The notes under the pieces were generated by a model. It did not search any database, had not been told where the DNA came from, and saw only the letters and a list, made by a program, of their open reading frames with translations. This document shows, one piece after another, positions 18,691 through 33,600 of a stretch of 64,000 nt of DNA. Origin of the DNA: Eledone cirrhosa (taxonomy: Eukaryota). The position numbers and the translations under genes were made by a program. Location of the stretch: contig OZ024743.1 of NCBI GenBank assembly GCA_964016885.1, positions 205,344,001-205,408,000 of the forward strand, in the 5' to 3' direction. How positions within the stretch are numbered: position 1 is the stretch's first letter; every line of letters starts with the position of its first letter.

Positions 18691-21600
18691 CATCAAACAC
18701 CAAACACCAAACACCAAGCACCAAACACCAAGCACCAAGCACCAAACACCAAACACCAAGCACCAAGCACCAAGCACCAAACAACAAACACCAAGCACCA
18801 AACACCAGATATCAAGCACCAAGCACCAAACACCAAACAACAAGCACCAAGCACCAAACACCAAACAACAAGCACCAGGCACCAAGCACCAAACACCAAA
18901 CACCAAGCACCAATCACCAAACACCAAGCACCAAGCACCAAACACCAAGCACCAGGCACCAAGCAGCAAACACCAAGCACCAAGCACCAAACACCAAGCA
19001 CCAAACACAAAGCACCAAGCACCAAACACCAAACCCCAAGCACCAAACACCAAACCTCAAGCACCAAGCACAAAACACTAATCACCAAGCACCAAGCACC
19101 AAAAAACAAGCACCAAGCACCAAGCACCAGGCACCAAGCACCAAGCACCAAACACTAATCACCAAGCACCAAGCACCAAGCACCAAACCCCAAGCACTAA
19201 GCACCAAGCACAAAACACCAAGCACCAAGCACCAAACACCAAACACCAAGCACCAAAGACCAAGCACCAAACACTAAACACCAAACACCAAGCACCAAAC
19301 ACTAAACACCAAACACCAAGCACCAAGCACGAAGCACCAAACACCAAGCACCAAGCACTAAGCACCAAACACCAAGCCCCAAGCACCAAGCACCAAACAC
19401 CAAACACCAAGCACCAAGCACCAAACACCAAGCACCAAGCACCATGCACCTAGCACCAAACACCAAACACCAAGCACCAAGCACCAAACACCAAGCACCA
19501 ATCACCAAGCACCAAACACCAAGCAGCAAGCAGCAAGCACCAAACACGAAGCACCAAGGACCAAACATCAAACACCAAGCACCAAGCACCAAACACCTAA
19601 CACCAAGCACCAAGCACCAAGCACCAAGCACCGAACACCAAGCACATAACACCAAGCACCAAACACCAAGCACCAAGCACCAAACACCAAGCACCAAACA
19701 CCAAGCACCAAGCACCAAGCACCAAACACCAAGCACCAGGCACCAAGCACCAAACACCAAGCACCATGCATCAAGCACCAAGCCCCAAACACTTAACACC
19801 AAGCACCAAGCACCAAAAACCAAACACCAAGCACCAAGTACCAAACACCAAGCACCAAGCACCAATCACCATACACCAAGCACCAAGCACCAAGCACCAG
19901 GCACCAAGCACCAAGCACCAAACACAAAACACCAAGCACCAAGCACCAAGCAGCAAACACCAAGCATCAAACACCAAACACCAAACACCAAGCACCAAAC
20001 ACCAAGCACCAAGCACCAAACACCAAACACCAAGCACCAAGCACCAAGCACCAAACAACAAACACCAAGCACCAAACACCAGATATCAAGCACCAAGCAC
20101 CAAACACCAAACACCAAGCACCAAGCACCAAACACCAAACAACAAGCACCAGGCACCAAGCACCAAACACCAAACACCAAGCACCAAGCACCAAACACCA
20201 AACACCAAGCACGCAGCATCAAACACCAAGCACCAAGCACCAAGCACCAAACACCAAGCACCAAGCACCAAACACCAAGCACCAAACACAAAGCACCACG
20301 CACCAAACACCAAGCACCAAGCACCAAACACCAAGCACCAAGCACCAAACACCAAACCACAAGCACCAAACACCAAACCACAAGCACCAAGCACCAAACA
20401 CTAATCACCAAGCACCAAGCACCAAACAACGAGCACCAAGCACCAAGCACCAGGCACCAAGCACCAAGCACCAAACACTAATCACCAAGCACCAAGCACC
20501 AAGCACCAAACACCATGCACCAAGCACCAAGCACCAAAAACCAAGCACCAAGCACCAAACACCAAACACCAAAATCCAAAGACCAAGCACCAAGCACCAA
20601 GCACCAACCACCCAGCACCAAGCACCAAGCACCAAACACCAAGCACCAAACACCAAACACCAAGCACCAAGCACCAAGCACCAAGCACCAAGCACCAAGC
20701 ACCAAGCACCAAACACCAAGCACCAAGCACTAAGCACCAAACACAAAGCCCCAAGTACCAAGCACCAAACACCAAACACCAAGCACCAAACACCAATCAC
20801 CAAACACCAAGAACCAAGCACCAAACACCAAGCCCCTAGGACCAAGCACCAGGCACCAAGCACCAAGCACCAAACACAAAACACCAAGCACCAAGCACCA
20901 AGCAGCAAACACCAAGCATCAAACACCAAACACCAAACACCAAGCACCAAACACCAAGCACCAAGCACCAAACACCAAACACCAAGCACCAAGCACCAAG
21001 CACCAAACACCAAACACCAAGCACCATACACCAAACACCAAGCAGCAAGCACCAAACACCAAACAACAAGCACCAGGCACCAAGCACCAAACACCAAACA
21101 CCAAGCACGCAGCATCAAACACCAAGCACCAAGCACCAAACACCAAGCACCAAGCACCAAGCACAAAGTACCAAACACCAAACACCAAGCACCAAACACC
21201 AAACACCAAGCACCAAGCACCAAGCACGAAACACCAGGCACCAAGCACCAAGCACCAAACACCAAACACCAAGCACCAAACACCAGCCACCAAGCACCAA
21301 GCACCAGACACCAAACACCAAGCACTAAGCACCAAACACCAAACAACAAGCACCAGGCACCAAGCACCAAACACCAAACACCAAACACGCATCACCAAAC
21401 ACCAAGCACCAAGCAACAAGCACCTAAAACCAAGCACCAAGCACCAAGCACCAAACACCAAACACCAAACACCAAGCACCAAGCACCAAACACCAAGCAC
21501 CAAACACCAAACCCCAAGCACCAATCACCAAACACTAATCACCAAGCACCAAGCACCAAACACCGAGCACCAAGCAGCAAGCACCAAACACCAAGCACCA

Positions 21601-24600
21601 AGCACCAAACACCAAGCACCAATCACCAAGCACCAAACACCAAGCAGCAAGCAGCAAGCACCAAACACCAAGCACCAAGGACCAAACATCAAACACCAAG
21701 CACCAAGCACCAAACACCTAACACCAAGCACCAAGCACCAAGCACCAAGCACCGAACACCAAGCACATAACACCAAGCACCAAACACCAAGCACCAAGCA
21801 CCAAACACCAAGCACCAAACACCAAGCACCAAGCACCAAGCACCAAACACCAAGCACCAGGCACCAAGCACCAAACACCAAGCACCATGCACCAAGCACC
21901 AAGCCCCAAACACTTAACACCAAGCACCAAGCACCAAAAACCAAACACCAAGCACCAAGTACCAAACACCAAGCACCAAGCACCAATCACCATACACCAA
22001 GCACCAAGCACCAAGCACCAGGCACCAAGCACCAAGCACCAAACACAAAACACCAAGCACCAAGCACCAAGCAGCAAACACCAAGCATCAAACACCAAAC
22101 ACCAAACACCAAGCACCAAACACCAAGCACCAAGCACCAAACACCAAACACCAAGCACCAAGCACCAAGCACCAAACAACAAACACCAAGCACCAAACAC
22201 CAGATATCAAGCACCAAGCACCAAACACCAAACACCAAGCACCAAGCACCAAACACCAAACAACAAGCACCAGGCACCAAGCACCAAACACCAAACACCA
22301 AGCACCAAGCACCAAACACCAAACACCAAGCACGCAGCGTCAAACACCAAGCACCAAGCACCAAGCACCAAACACCAAGCACCAAGCACCAAACACCAAG
22401 CACCAAACACAAAGCACCACGCACCAAACACCAAGCACCAAGCACCAAACACCAAGCACCAAGCACCAAACACCAAACCACAAGCACCAAACACCAAACC
22501 ACAAGCACCAAGCACCAAACACTAATCACCAAGCACCAAGCACCAAACAACGAGCACCAAGCACCAAGCACCAGGCACCAAGCACCAAGCACCAAACACT
22601 AATCACCAAGCACCAAGCACCAAGCACCAAACACCATGCACCAAGCACCAAGCACCAAAAACCAAGCACCAAGCACCAAACACCAAACACCAAGATCCAA
22701 AGACCAAGCACCAAGCACCAAGCACCAACCACCCAGCACCAAGCACCAAGCACCAAACACCAAGCACCAAACACCAAACACCAAGCACCAAGCACCAAGC
22801 ACCAAGCACCAAGCACCAAGCACCAAGCACCAAGCACCAAACACCAAGCACCAAGCACTAAGCACCAAACACAAAGCCCCAAGTACCGAGCACCAAACAC
22901 CAAACACCAAGCACCAAGCACCAATCACCAAACACCAAGAACCAAGCACCAAACACCAAGCCCCTAGGACCAAGCACCAGGCACCAAGCACCAAGCACCA
23001 AACACAAAACACCAAGCACCAAGCACCAAGCAGCAAACACCAAGCATCAAACACCAAACACCAAACACCAAGCACCAAACACCAAGCACCAAGCACCAAA
23101 CACCAAACACCAAGCACCAAGCACCAAGCACCAATCACCAAACACCAAGCACCATACACCAAACACCAAGCAGCAAGCACCAAACACCAAACAACAAGCA
23201 CCAGGCACCAAGCACCAAACACCAAACACCAAGCACGCAGCATCAAACACCAAGCACCAAGCACCAAACACCAAGCACCAAGCACCAAGCACAAAGTACC
23301 AAACACCAAACACCAAGCACCAAACACCAAACACCAAGCACCAAGCACCAAGCACGAAACACCAGGCACCAAGCACCAAGCACCAAACACCAAACACCAA
23401 GCACCAAACACCAGCCACCAAGCACCAAGCACCAGACACCAAACACCAAGCACTAAGCACCAAACACCAAACAACAAGCACCAGGCACCAAGCACCAAAC
23501 ACCAAACACCAAACACGCATCACCAAACACCAAGCACCAAGCAACAAGCACCTAAAACCAAGCACCAAGCACCAAGCACCAAACACCAAACACCAAACAC
23601 CAAGCACCAAGCACCAAACACCAAGCACCAAACACCAAACCCCAAGCACCAATCACCAAACACTAATCACCAAGCACCAAGCACCAAACACCGAGCACCA
23701 AGCAGCAAGCACCAAACACCAAGCACCAAGCACCAAACACCAAACCCCAAGCACCACAGACCAAGCACCAAGCACCAAGGAACAAACACCAAGCACCAAG
23801 CACCAAGCACCAAACACCAAGCACCAAGCACCAAACACCCAGCACCAAGCACCAAGCATCAAACACCAAGCACCAAGCACCAAACACCAAACACCAAACA
23901 CGAATCACCAAGCACTAAACAGCAAGCACCAAACACCAAACACCAAACAGCAAACACCAAACAGAAAACACCAAACACCAAACAGAAAAGAGCAAACGCC
24001 AAACACCAAACACCAAACACCAAGCACCAAGAACCAAACACCAAACACCAAACAGCAGGCACCAAGCACCAAACACCAAGCACGAATCACCAAACACTAA
24101 TCACCAAGCACCAAGCCCCAAACACCAAGCACCAAGCACCAAGCAGCAAGCACCAAACACCAAGCACCAAGCACCAAACACCAAGCACCAAACACCAAGC
24201 CCCAAGCACCAAACACCAAACCCCAAGCACCAAAGACCAAGCACCAAGCACCAAGGACCAAACACCAAGCACCAAGCACCAAGCACCAAACACCAAGCAC
24301 CAAGCAGCAAACACCCAGCACCAAGCACCAAGCACCAAACACCAAGCACCAAGCACCAAACACCAAACACCAAACACCAAGCATCAAGCAGCAAACAGCA
24401 AGCACCAAACACCAAGCACCAAACACAAAGTCCCACGCACCAAGCACTAAACACCAAACACCAAGCACCAAGCACCAAACACCAAGCACCAAGCACCAAG
24501 CCCCTAGCACCAAACACCAAACACCAAGCAAAAAGCACAAAACACCAAGCACCAATCACCAAGCACCAAACACCAAGCAGCAAGCAGCAAGCACCAAACA

Positions 24601-27600
24601 CGAACGACCAAGCACCAAGCACCAAATACCAAACACCAAGCACCAAGGACCAAACATCAAACACCAAGCACCAAGCACAAAACGCCTAACACCAAGCACC
24701 AAGCACCAAGCACCAAGCACCAAACACCAAGCACCAATCACCAAACACCAAGCACCAAGCACCAAACACCAAGCACCAGGCACCAAGCAGCAAACACCAA
24801 GCACCAAGCACCAAACACCAAGCACCAAACACAAAGCACCAAGCACCAAACACCAAACCCCAAGCACCAAACACCAAACCTCAAGCACCAAGCACAAAAC
24901 ACTAATCACCAAGCACCAAGCACCAAACAACAAGCACCAAGCACCAAGCACCAGGCACCAAGCACCAAGCACCAAACACTAATCACCAAGCACCAAGCAC
25001 CAAGCACCAAACACCAAGCACCAAGCACCAAGCACAAAACACCAAGCACCAAGCACCAAACACCAAACACCAAGCACCAAAGACCAAGCACGAAGCACCA
25101 AGCACCAAGCACCAAACAATAAGCACCAAGCACCAAGCACCAAACACCAAGCACCAAGCACCAAACACCAACCTCCCAGCACCAAGCACCAAGCACCAAA
25201 CACCAAGCACCAAACACTAAACACCAAACACCAAGCACCAAGCACCAAGCACCAAACACCAAGCACTAAGCACCAAACACCTAGCCCCAAGCACCAAGCA
25301 CCAAACACCAAACACCAAACACCAAGCACCAAGCACCAAACACCAAGCACCAAGCACCATGCACCTAGCACCAAACACCAAACACCAAGCACCAAGCACC
25401 AAACACCAAGCACCAATCACCAAGCACCAAACACCAAGCAGCAAGCAGCAAGCACCAAACACGAAGCACCAAGGACCAAACATCAAACACCAAGCACCAA
25501 GCACCAAACACCTAACACCAAGCACCAAGCACCAAGCACCAAGCACCGAACACCAAGCACATAACACCAAGCACCAAACACCAAGCACCAAGCACCAAAC
25601 ACCAAGCACCAAACACCAAGCACCAAGCACCAAGCACCAAACACCAAGCACCAGGCACCAAGCACCAAACACCAAGCACCATGCATCAAGCACCAAGCCC
25701 CAAACACTTAACACCAAGCACCAAGCACCAAAAACCAAACACCAAGCACCAAGTACCAAACACCAAGCACCAAGCACCAATCACCATACACCAAGCACCA
25801 AGCACCAAGCACCAGGCACCAAGCACCAAGCACCAAACACAAAACACCAAGCACCAAGCACCAAGCAGCAAACACCAAGCATCAAACACCAAACACCAAA
25901 CACCAAGCACCAAACACCAAGCACCAAGCACCAAACACCAAACACCAAGCACCAAGCACCAAGCACCAAACAACAAACACCAAGCACCAAACACCAGATA
26001 TCAAGCACCAAGCACCAAACACCAAACACCAAGCACCAAGCACCAAACACCAAACAACAAGCACCAGGCACCAAGCACCAAACACCAAACACCAAGCACC
26101 AAGCACCAAACACCAAACACCAAGCACGCAGCATCAAACACCAAGCACCAAGCACCAAGCACCAAACACCAAGCACCAAGCACCAAACACCAAGCACCAA
26201 ACACAAAGCACCACGCACCAAACACCAAGCACCAAGCACCAAACACCAAGCACCAAGCACCAAACACCAAACCACAAGCACCAAACACCAAACCACAAGC
26301 ACCAAGCACCAAACACTAATCACCAAGCACCAAGCACCAAACAACGAGCACCAAGCACCAAGCACCAGGCACCAAGCACCAAGCACCAAACACTAATCAC
26401 CAAGCACCAAGCACCAAGCACCAAACACCATGCACCAAGCACCAAGCACCAAAAACCAAGCACCAAGCACCAAACACCAAACACCAAAATCCAAAGACCA
26501 AGCACCAAGCACCAAGCACCAACCACCCAGCACCAAGCACCAAGCACCAAACACCAAGCACCAAACACCAAACACCAAGCACCAAGCACCAAGCACCAAG
26601 CACCAAGCACCAAGCACCAAGCACCAAACACCAAGCACCAAGCACTAAGCACCAAACACAAAGCGCCAAGTACCAAGCACCAAACACCAAACACCAAGCA
26701 CCAAACACCAATCACCAAACACCAAGAACCAAGCACCAAACACCAAGCCCCTAGGACCAAGCACCAGGCACCAAGCACCAAGCACCAAACACAAAACACC
26801 AAGCACCAAGCACCAAGCAGCAAACACCAAGCATCAAACACCAAACACCAAACACCAAGCACCAAACACCAAGCACCAAGCACCAAACACCAAACACCAA
26901 GCACCAAGCACCAAGCACCAAACACCAAACACCAAACACCAAGCACGCAGCATCAAACACCAAGCACCAAGCACCAAACACCAAGCACCAAGCACCAAGC
27001 ACAAAGTACCAAACACCAAACACCAAGCACCAAACACCAAACACCAAGCACCAAGCACCAAGCACGAAACACCAGGCACCAAGCACCAAGCACCAAACAC
27101 CAAACACGAAGCACCAAACACCAGCCACCAAGCACCAAGCACCAGACACCAAACACCAAGCACTAAGCACCAAACACCAAACAACAAGCACCAGGCACCA
27201 AGCACCAAACACCAAACACCAAACACGCATCACCAAACACCAAGCACCAAGCAACAAGCACCTAAAACCAAGCACCAAGCACCAAGCACCAAACACCAAA
27301 CACCAAACACCAAGCACCAAGCACCAAACACCAAGCACCAAACACCAAACCCCAAGCACCAATCACCAAACACTAATCACCAAGCACCAAGCACCAAACA
27401 CGGAGCACCAAGCAGCAAGCACCAAACACCAAGCACCAAGCACCAAACACCAAGCACCAATTACCAAGCACCAAACACCAAGCAGCAAGCAGCAAGCACC
27501 AAACACCAAGCACCAAGGACCAAACATCAAACACCAAGCACCAAGCACCAAACACCTAACACCAAGCACCAAGCACCAAGCACCAAGCACCGAACACCAA

Positions 27601-30600
27601 GCACATAACACCAAGCACCAAACACCAAGCACCAAGCACCAAACACCAAGCACCAAACACCAAGCACCAAGCACCAAGCACCAAACACCAAGCACCAGGC
27701 ACCAAGCACCAAACACCAAGCACCATGCACCAAGCACCAAGCCCCAAACACTTAACACCAAGCACCAAGCACCAAAAACCAAACACCAAGCACCAAGTAC
27801 CAAACACCAAGCACCAAGCACCAATCACCATACACCAAGCACCAAGCACCAAGCACCAGGCACCAAGCACCAAGCACCAAACACAAAACACCAAGCACCA
27901 AGCACCAAGCAGCAAACACCAAGCATCAAACACCAAACACCAAACACCAAGCACCAAACACCAAGCACCAAGCACCAAACACCAAACACCAAGCACCAAG
28001 CACCAAGCACCAAACAACAAACACCAAGCACCAAACACCAGATATCAAGCACCAAGCACCAAACACCAAACACCAAGCACCAAGCACCAAACACCAAACA
28101 ACAAGCACCAGGCACCAAGCACCAAACACCAAACACCAAGCACCAAGCACCAAACACCAAACACCAAGCACGCAGCATCAAACACCAAGCACCAAGCACC
28201 AAGCACCAAACACCAAGCACCAAGCACCAAACACCAAGCACCAAACACAAAGCACCACGCACCAAACACCAAGCACCAAGCACCAAACACCAAGCACCAA
28301 GCACCAAACACCAAACCACAAGCACCAAACACCAAACCACAAGCACCAAGCACCAAACACTAATCACCAAGCACCAAGCACCAAACAACGAGCACCAAGC
28401 ACCAGGCACCAGGCACCAAGCACCAAGCACCAAACACTAATCACCAAGCACCAAGCACCAAGCACCAAACACCATGCACCAAGCACCAAGCACCAAAAAC
28501 CAAGCACCAAGCACCAAACACCAAACACCAAGATCCAAAGACCAAGCACCAAGCACCAAGCACCAACCACCCAGCACCAAGCACCAAGCACCAAACACCA
28601 AGCACCAAACACCAAACACCAAGCACCAAGCACCAAGCACCAAGCACCAAGCACCAAGCACCAAGCACCAAGCACCAAACACCAAGCACCAAGCACTAAG
28701 CACCAAACACAAAGCCCCAAGTACCGAGCACCAAACACCAAACACCAAGCACCAAGCACCAATCACCAAACACCAAGAACCAAGCACCAAACACCAAGCC
28801 CCTAGGACCAAGCACCAGGCACCAAGCACCAAGCACCAAACACAAAACACCAAGCACCAAGCACCAAGCAGCAAACACCAAGCATCAAACACCAAACACC
28901 AAACACCAAGCACCAAACACCAAGCACCAAGCACCAAACACCAAACACCAAGCACCAAGCACCAAGCACCAATCACCAAACACCAAGCACCATACACCAA
29001 ACACCAAGCAGCAAGCACCAAACACCAAACAACAAGCACCAGGCACCAAGCACCAAACACCAAACACCAAGCACGCAGCATCAAACACCAAGCACCAAGC
29101 ACCAAACACCAAGCACCAAGCACCAAGCACAAAGTACCAAACACCAAACACCAAGCACCAAACACCAAACACCAAGCACCAAGCACCAAGCACGAAACAC
29201 CAGGCACCAAGCACCAAGCACCAAACACCAAACACCAAGCACCAAACACCAGCCACCAAGCACCAAGCACCAGACACCAAACACCAAGCACTAAGCACCA
29301 AACACCAAACAACAAGCACCAGGCACCAAGCACCAAACACCAAACACCAAACACGCATCACCAAACACCAAGCACCAAGCAACAAGCACCTAAAACCAAG
29401 CACCAAGCACCAAGCACCAAACACCAAACACCAAACACCAAGCACCAAGCACCAAACACCAAGCACCAAACACCAAACCCCAAGCACCAATCACCAAACA
29501 CTAATCACCAAGCACCAAGCACCAAACACCGAGCACCAAGCAGCAAGCACCAAACACCAAGCACCAAGCACCAAACACCAAACCCCAAGCACCACAGACC
29601 AAGCACCAAGCACCAAGGAACAAACACCAAGCACCAAGCACCAAGCACCAAACACCAAGCACCAAGCACCAAACACCCAGCACCAAGCACCAAGCATCAA
29701 ACACCAAGCACCAAGCACCAAACACCAAACACCAAACACGAATCACCAAGCACTAAACAGCAAGCACCAAACACCAAACACCAAACAGCAAACACCAAAC
29801 AGAAAACACCAAACACCAAACAGAAAAGAGCAAACGCCAAACACCAAACACCAAACACCAAGCACCAAGAACCAAACACCAAACACCAAACAGCAGGCAC
29901 CAAGCACCAAACACCAAGCACGAATCACCAAACACTAATCACCAAGCACCAAGCCCCAAACACCAAGCACCAAGCACCAAGCAGCAAGCACCAAACACCA
30001 AGCACCAAGCACCAAACACCAAGCACCAAACACCAAGCCCCAAGCACCAAACACCAAACCCCAAGCACCAAAGACCAAGCACCAAGCACCAAGGACCAAA
30101 CACCAAGCACCAAGCACCAAGCACCAAACACCAAGCACCAAGCAGCAAACACCCAGCACCAAGCACCAAGCACCAAACACCAAGCACCAAGCACCAAACA
30201 CCAAACACCAAACACCAAGCATCAAGCACCAAACAGCAAGCACCAAACACCAAGCACCAAACACAAAGTCCCACGCACCAAGCACTAAACACCAAACACC
30301 AAGCACCAAGCACCAAACACCAAGCACCAAGCACCAAGCCCCTAGCACCAAACACCAAACACCAAGCAAAAAGCACAAAACACCAAGCACCAATCACCAA
30401 GCACCAAACACCAAGCAGCAAGCAGCAAGCACCAAACACGAACGACCAAGCACCAAGCACCAAATACCAAACACCAAGCACCAAGGACCAAACATCAAAC
30501 ACCAAGCACCAAGCACAAAACGCCTAACACCAAGCACCAAGCACCAAGCACCAAGCACCAAACACCAAGCACCAATCACCAAACACCAAGCACCAAGCAC

Positions 30601-33600
30601 CAAACACCAAGCACCAGGCACCAAGCAGCAAACACCAAGCACCAAGCACCAAACACCAAGCACCAAACACAAAGCACCAAGCACCAAACACCAAACCCCA
30701 AGCACCAAACACCAAACCTCAAGCACCAAGCACAAAACACTAATCACCAAGCACCAAGCACCAAACAACAAGCACCAAGCACCAAGCACCAGGCACCAAG
30801 CACCAAGCACCAAACACTAATCACCAAGCACCAAGCACCAAGCACCAAACACCAAGCACCAAGCACCAAGCACAAAACACCAAGCACCAAGCACCAAACA
30901 CCAAACACCAAGCACCAAAGACCAAGCACGAAGCACCAAGCACCAAGCACCAAACAATAAGCACCAAGCACCAAGCACCAAACACCAAGCACCAAGCACC
31001 AAACACCAACCTCCCAGCACCAAGCACCAAGCACCAAACACCAAGCACCAAACACTAAACACCAAACACCAAGCACCAAGCACCAAGCACCAAACACCAA
31101 GCACTAAGCACCAAACACCTAGCCCCAAGCACCAAGCACCAAACACCAAACACCAAACACCAAGCACCAAGCACCAAACACCAAGCACCAAGCACCATGC
31201 ACCTAGCACCAAACACCAAACACCAAGCACCAAGCACCAAACACCAAGCACCAATCACCAAGCACCAAACACCAAGCAGCAAGCAGCAAGCACCAAACAC
31301 CAAACACCAAGCACCAAGCACCAAACACCAGATATCAAGCACCAAGCACCAAACACCAAACACCAAGCACCAAGCACCAAACACCAAACAACAAGCACCA
31401 GGCACCAAGCACCAAACACCAAACACCAAGCACCAATCACCAAACACCAAGCACCAAGCACCAAACACCAAGCACCAGGCACCAAGCAGCAAACACCAAG
31501 CACCAAGCACCAAACACCAAGCACCAAACACAAAGCACCAAGCACCAAACACCAAACCCCAAGCACCAAACACCAAACCTTAAGCACCAAGCACAAAACA
31601 CTAATCACCAAGCACCAAGCACCAAACAACAAGCACCAAGCACCAAGCACCAGGCACCAAGCACCAAGCACCAAACACTAATCACCAAGCACCAAGCACC
31701 AAGCACCAAACCCCAAGCACTAAGCACCAAGCACAAAACACCAAGCACCAAGCACCAAACACCAAACACCAAGCACCAAAGACCAAGCACCAAACACTAA
31801 ACACCAAACACCAAGCACCAAACACTAAACACCAAACACCAAGCACCAAGCACCAAGCACCAAACACCAAGCACCAAGCACTAAGCACCAAACACCAAGC
31901 CCCAAGCACCAAGCACCAAACACCAAACACCAAGCACCAAGCACCAAACACCAAGCACCAAGCACCATGCACCTAGCACCAAACACCAAACACCAAGCAC
32001 CAAGCACCAAACACCAAGCACCAATCACCAAGCACCAAACACCAAGCAGCAAGCAGCAAGCACCAAACACCAAGCACCAAGGACCAAACATCAAACACCA
32101 AGCACCAAGCACCAAACACCTAACACCAAGCACCAAGCACCAAGCACCAAGCACCAAGCACCGAACACCAAGCACATAACACCAAGCACCAAACACCAAG
32201 CACCAAGCACCAAACACCAAGCACCAAACACCAAGCACCAAGCACCAAGCACCAAACACCAAGCACCAGGCACCAAGCACCAAACACCAAGCACCATGCA
32301 CCAAGCACCAAGCCCCAAACACTTAACACCAAGCACCAAGCACCAAAAACCAAACACCAAGCACCAAGTACCAAACACCAAGCACCAAGCACCAATCACC
32401 ATACACCAAGCACCAAGCACCAAGCACCAGGCACCAAGCACCAAGCACCAAACACAAAACACCAAGCACCAAGCACCAAGCAGCAAACACCAAGCATCAA
32501 ACACCAAACACCAAACACCAAGCACCAAACACCAAGCACCAAGCACCAAACACCAAACACCAAGCACCAAGCACCAAGCACCAAACAACAAACACCAAGC
32601 ACCAAACACCAGATATCAAGCACCAAGCACCAAACACCAAACAACAAGCACCAAGCACCAAACACCAAACAACAAGCACCAGGCACCAACCACCAAACAC
32701 CAAACACCAAGCACCAAGCACCAAACACCAAACACCAAGCACGCAGCATCAAACACCAAGCACCAAGCACCAAGCACCAAACACCAAGCACCAAGCACCA
32801 AACACCAAGCACCAAACACAAAGCACCATGCACCAAACACCAAGCACCAAGCACCAAACACCAAGCACCAAGCACCAAACACCAAAGCACAAGCACCAAA
32901 CACCAAACCACAAGCACCAAGCACCAAACACTAATCACCAAGCACCAAGCACCAAACAACGAGCACCAAGCACCAAGCACCAGGCACCAAGCACCAAGCA
33001 CCAAACACTAATCACCAAGCACCAAGCACCAAGCACCAAACACCATGCACCAAGCACCAAGCACCAAAAACCAAGCACCAAGCACCAAACACCAAACACC
33101 AAGATCCAAAGACCAAGCACCAAGCACCAAGCACCAACCACCCAGCACCAAGCACCAAGCACCAAACACCAAGCACCAAACACCAAACACCAAGCACCAA
33201 GCACCAAGCACCAAGCACCAAGCACCAAGCACCAAGCACCAAACACCAAGCACCAAGCACTAAGCACCAAACACAAAGCCCCAAGTACCAAGCACCAAAC
33301 ACCAAACACCAAGCACCAAGCACCAATCACCAAACACCAAGAACCAAGCACCAAACACCAAGCCCCTAGGACCAAGCACCAGGCACCAAGCACCAAGCAC
33401 CAAACACAAAACACCAAGCACCAAGCACCAAGCAGCAAACACCAAGCATCAAACACCAAACACCAAACACCAAGCACCAAACACCAAGCACCAAGCACCA
33501 AACACCAAACACCAAGCACCAAGCACCAAGCACCAAACACCAAACACCAAGCACCATACACCAAACACCAAGCAGCATGCACCAAACACCAAACAACAAG

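Noticed and set aside
17916-19277. 453-aa endonuclease-repeat fusion ORF
   Set aside because: Artefact of translating through the 200-N gap.
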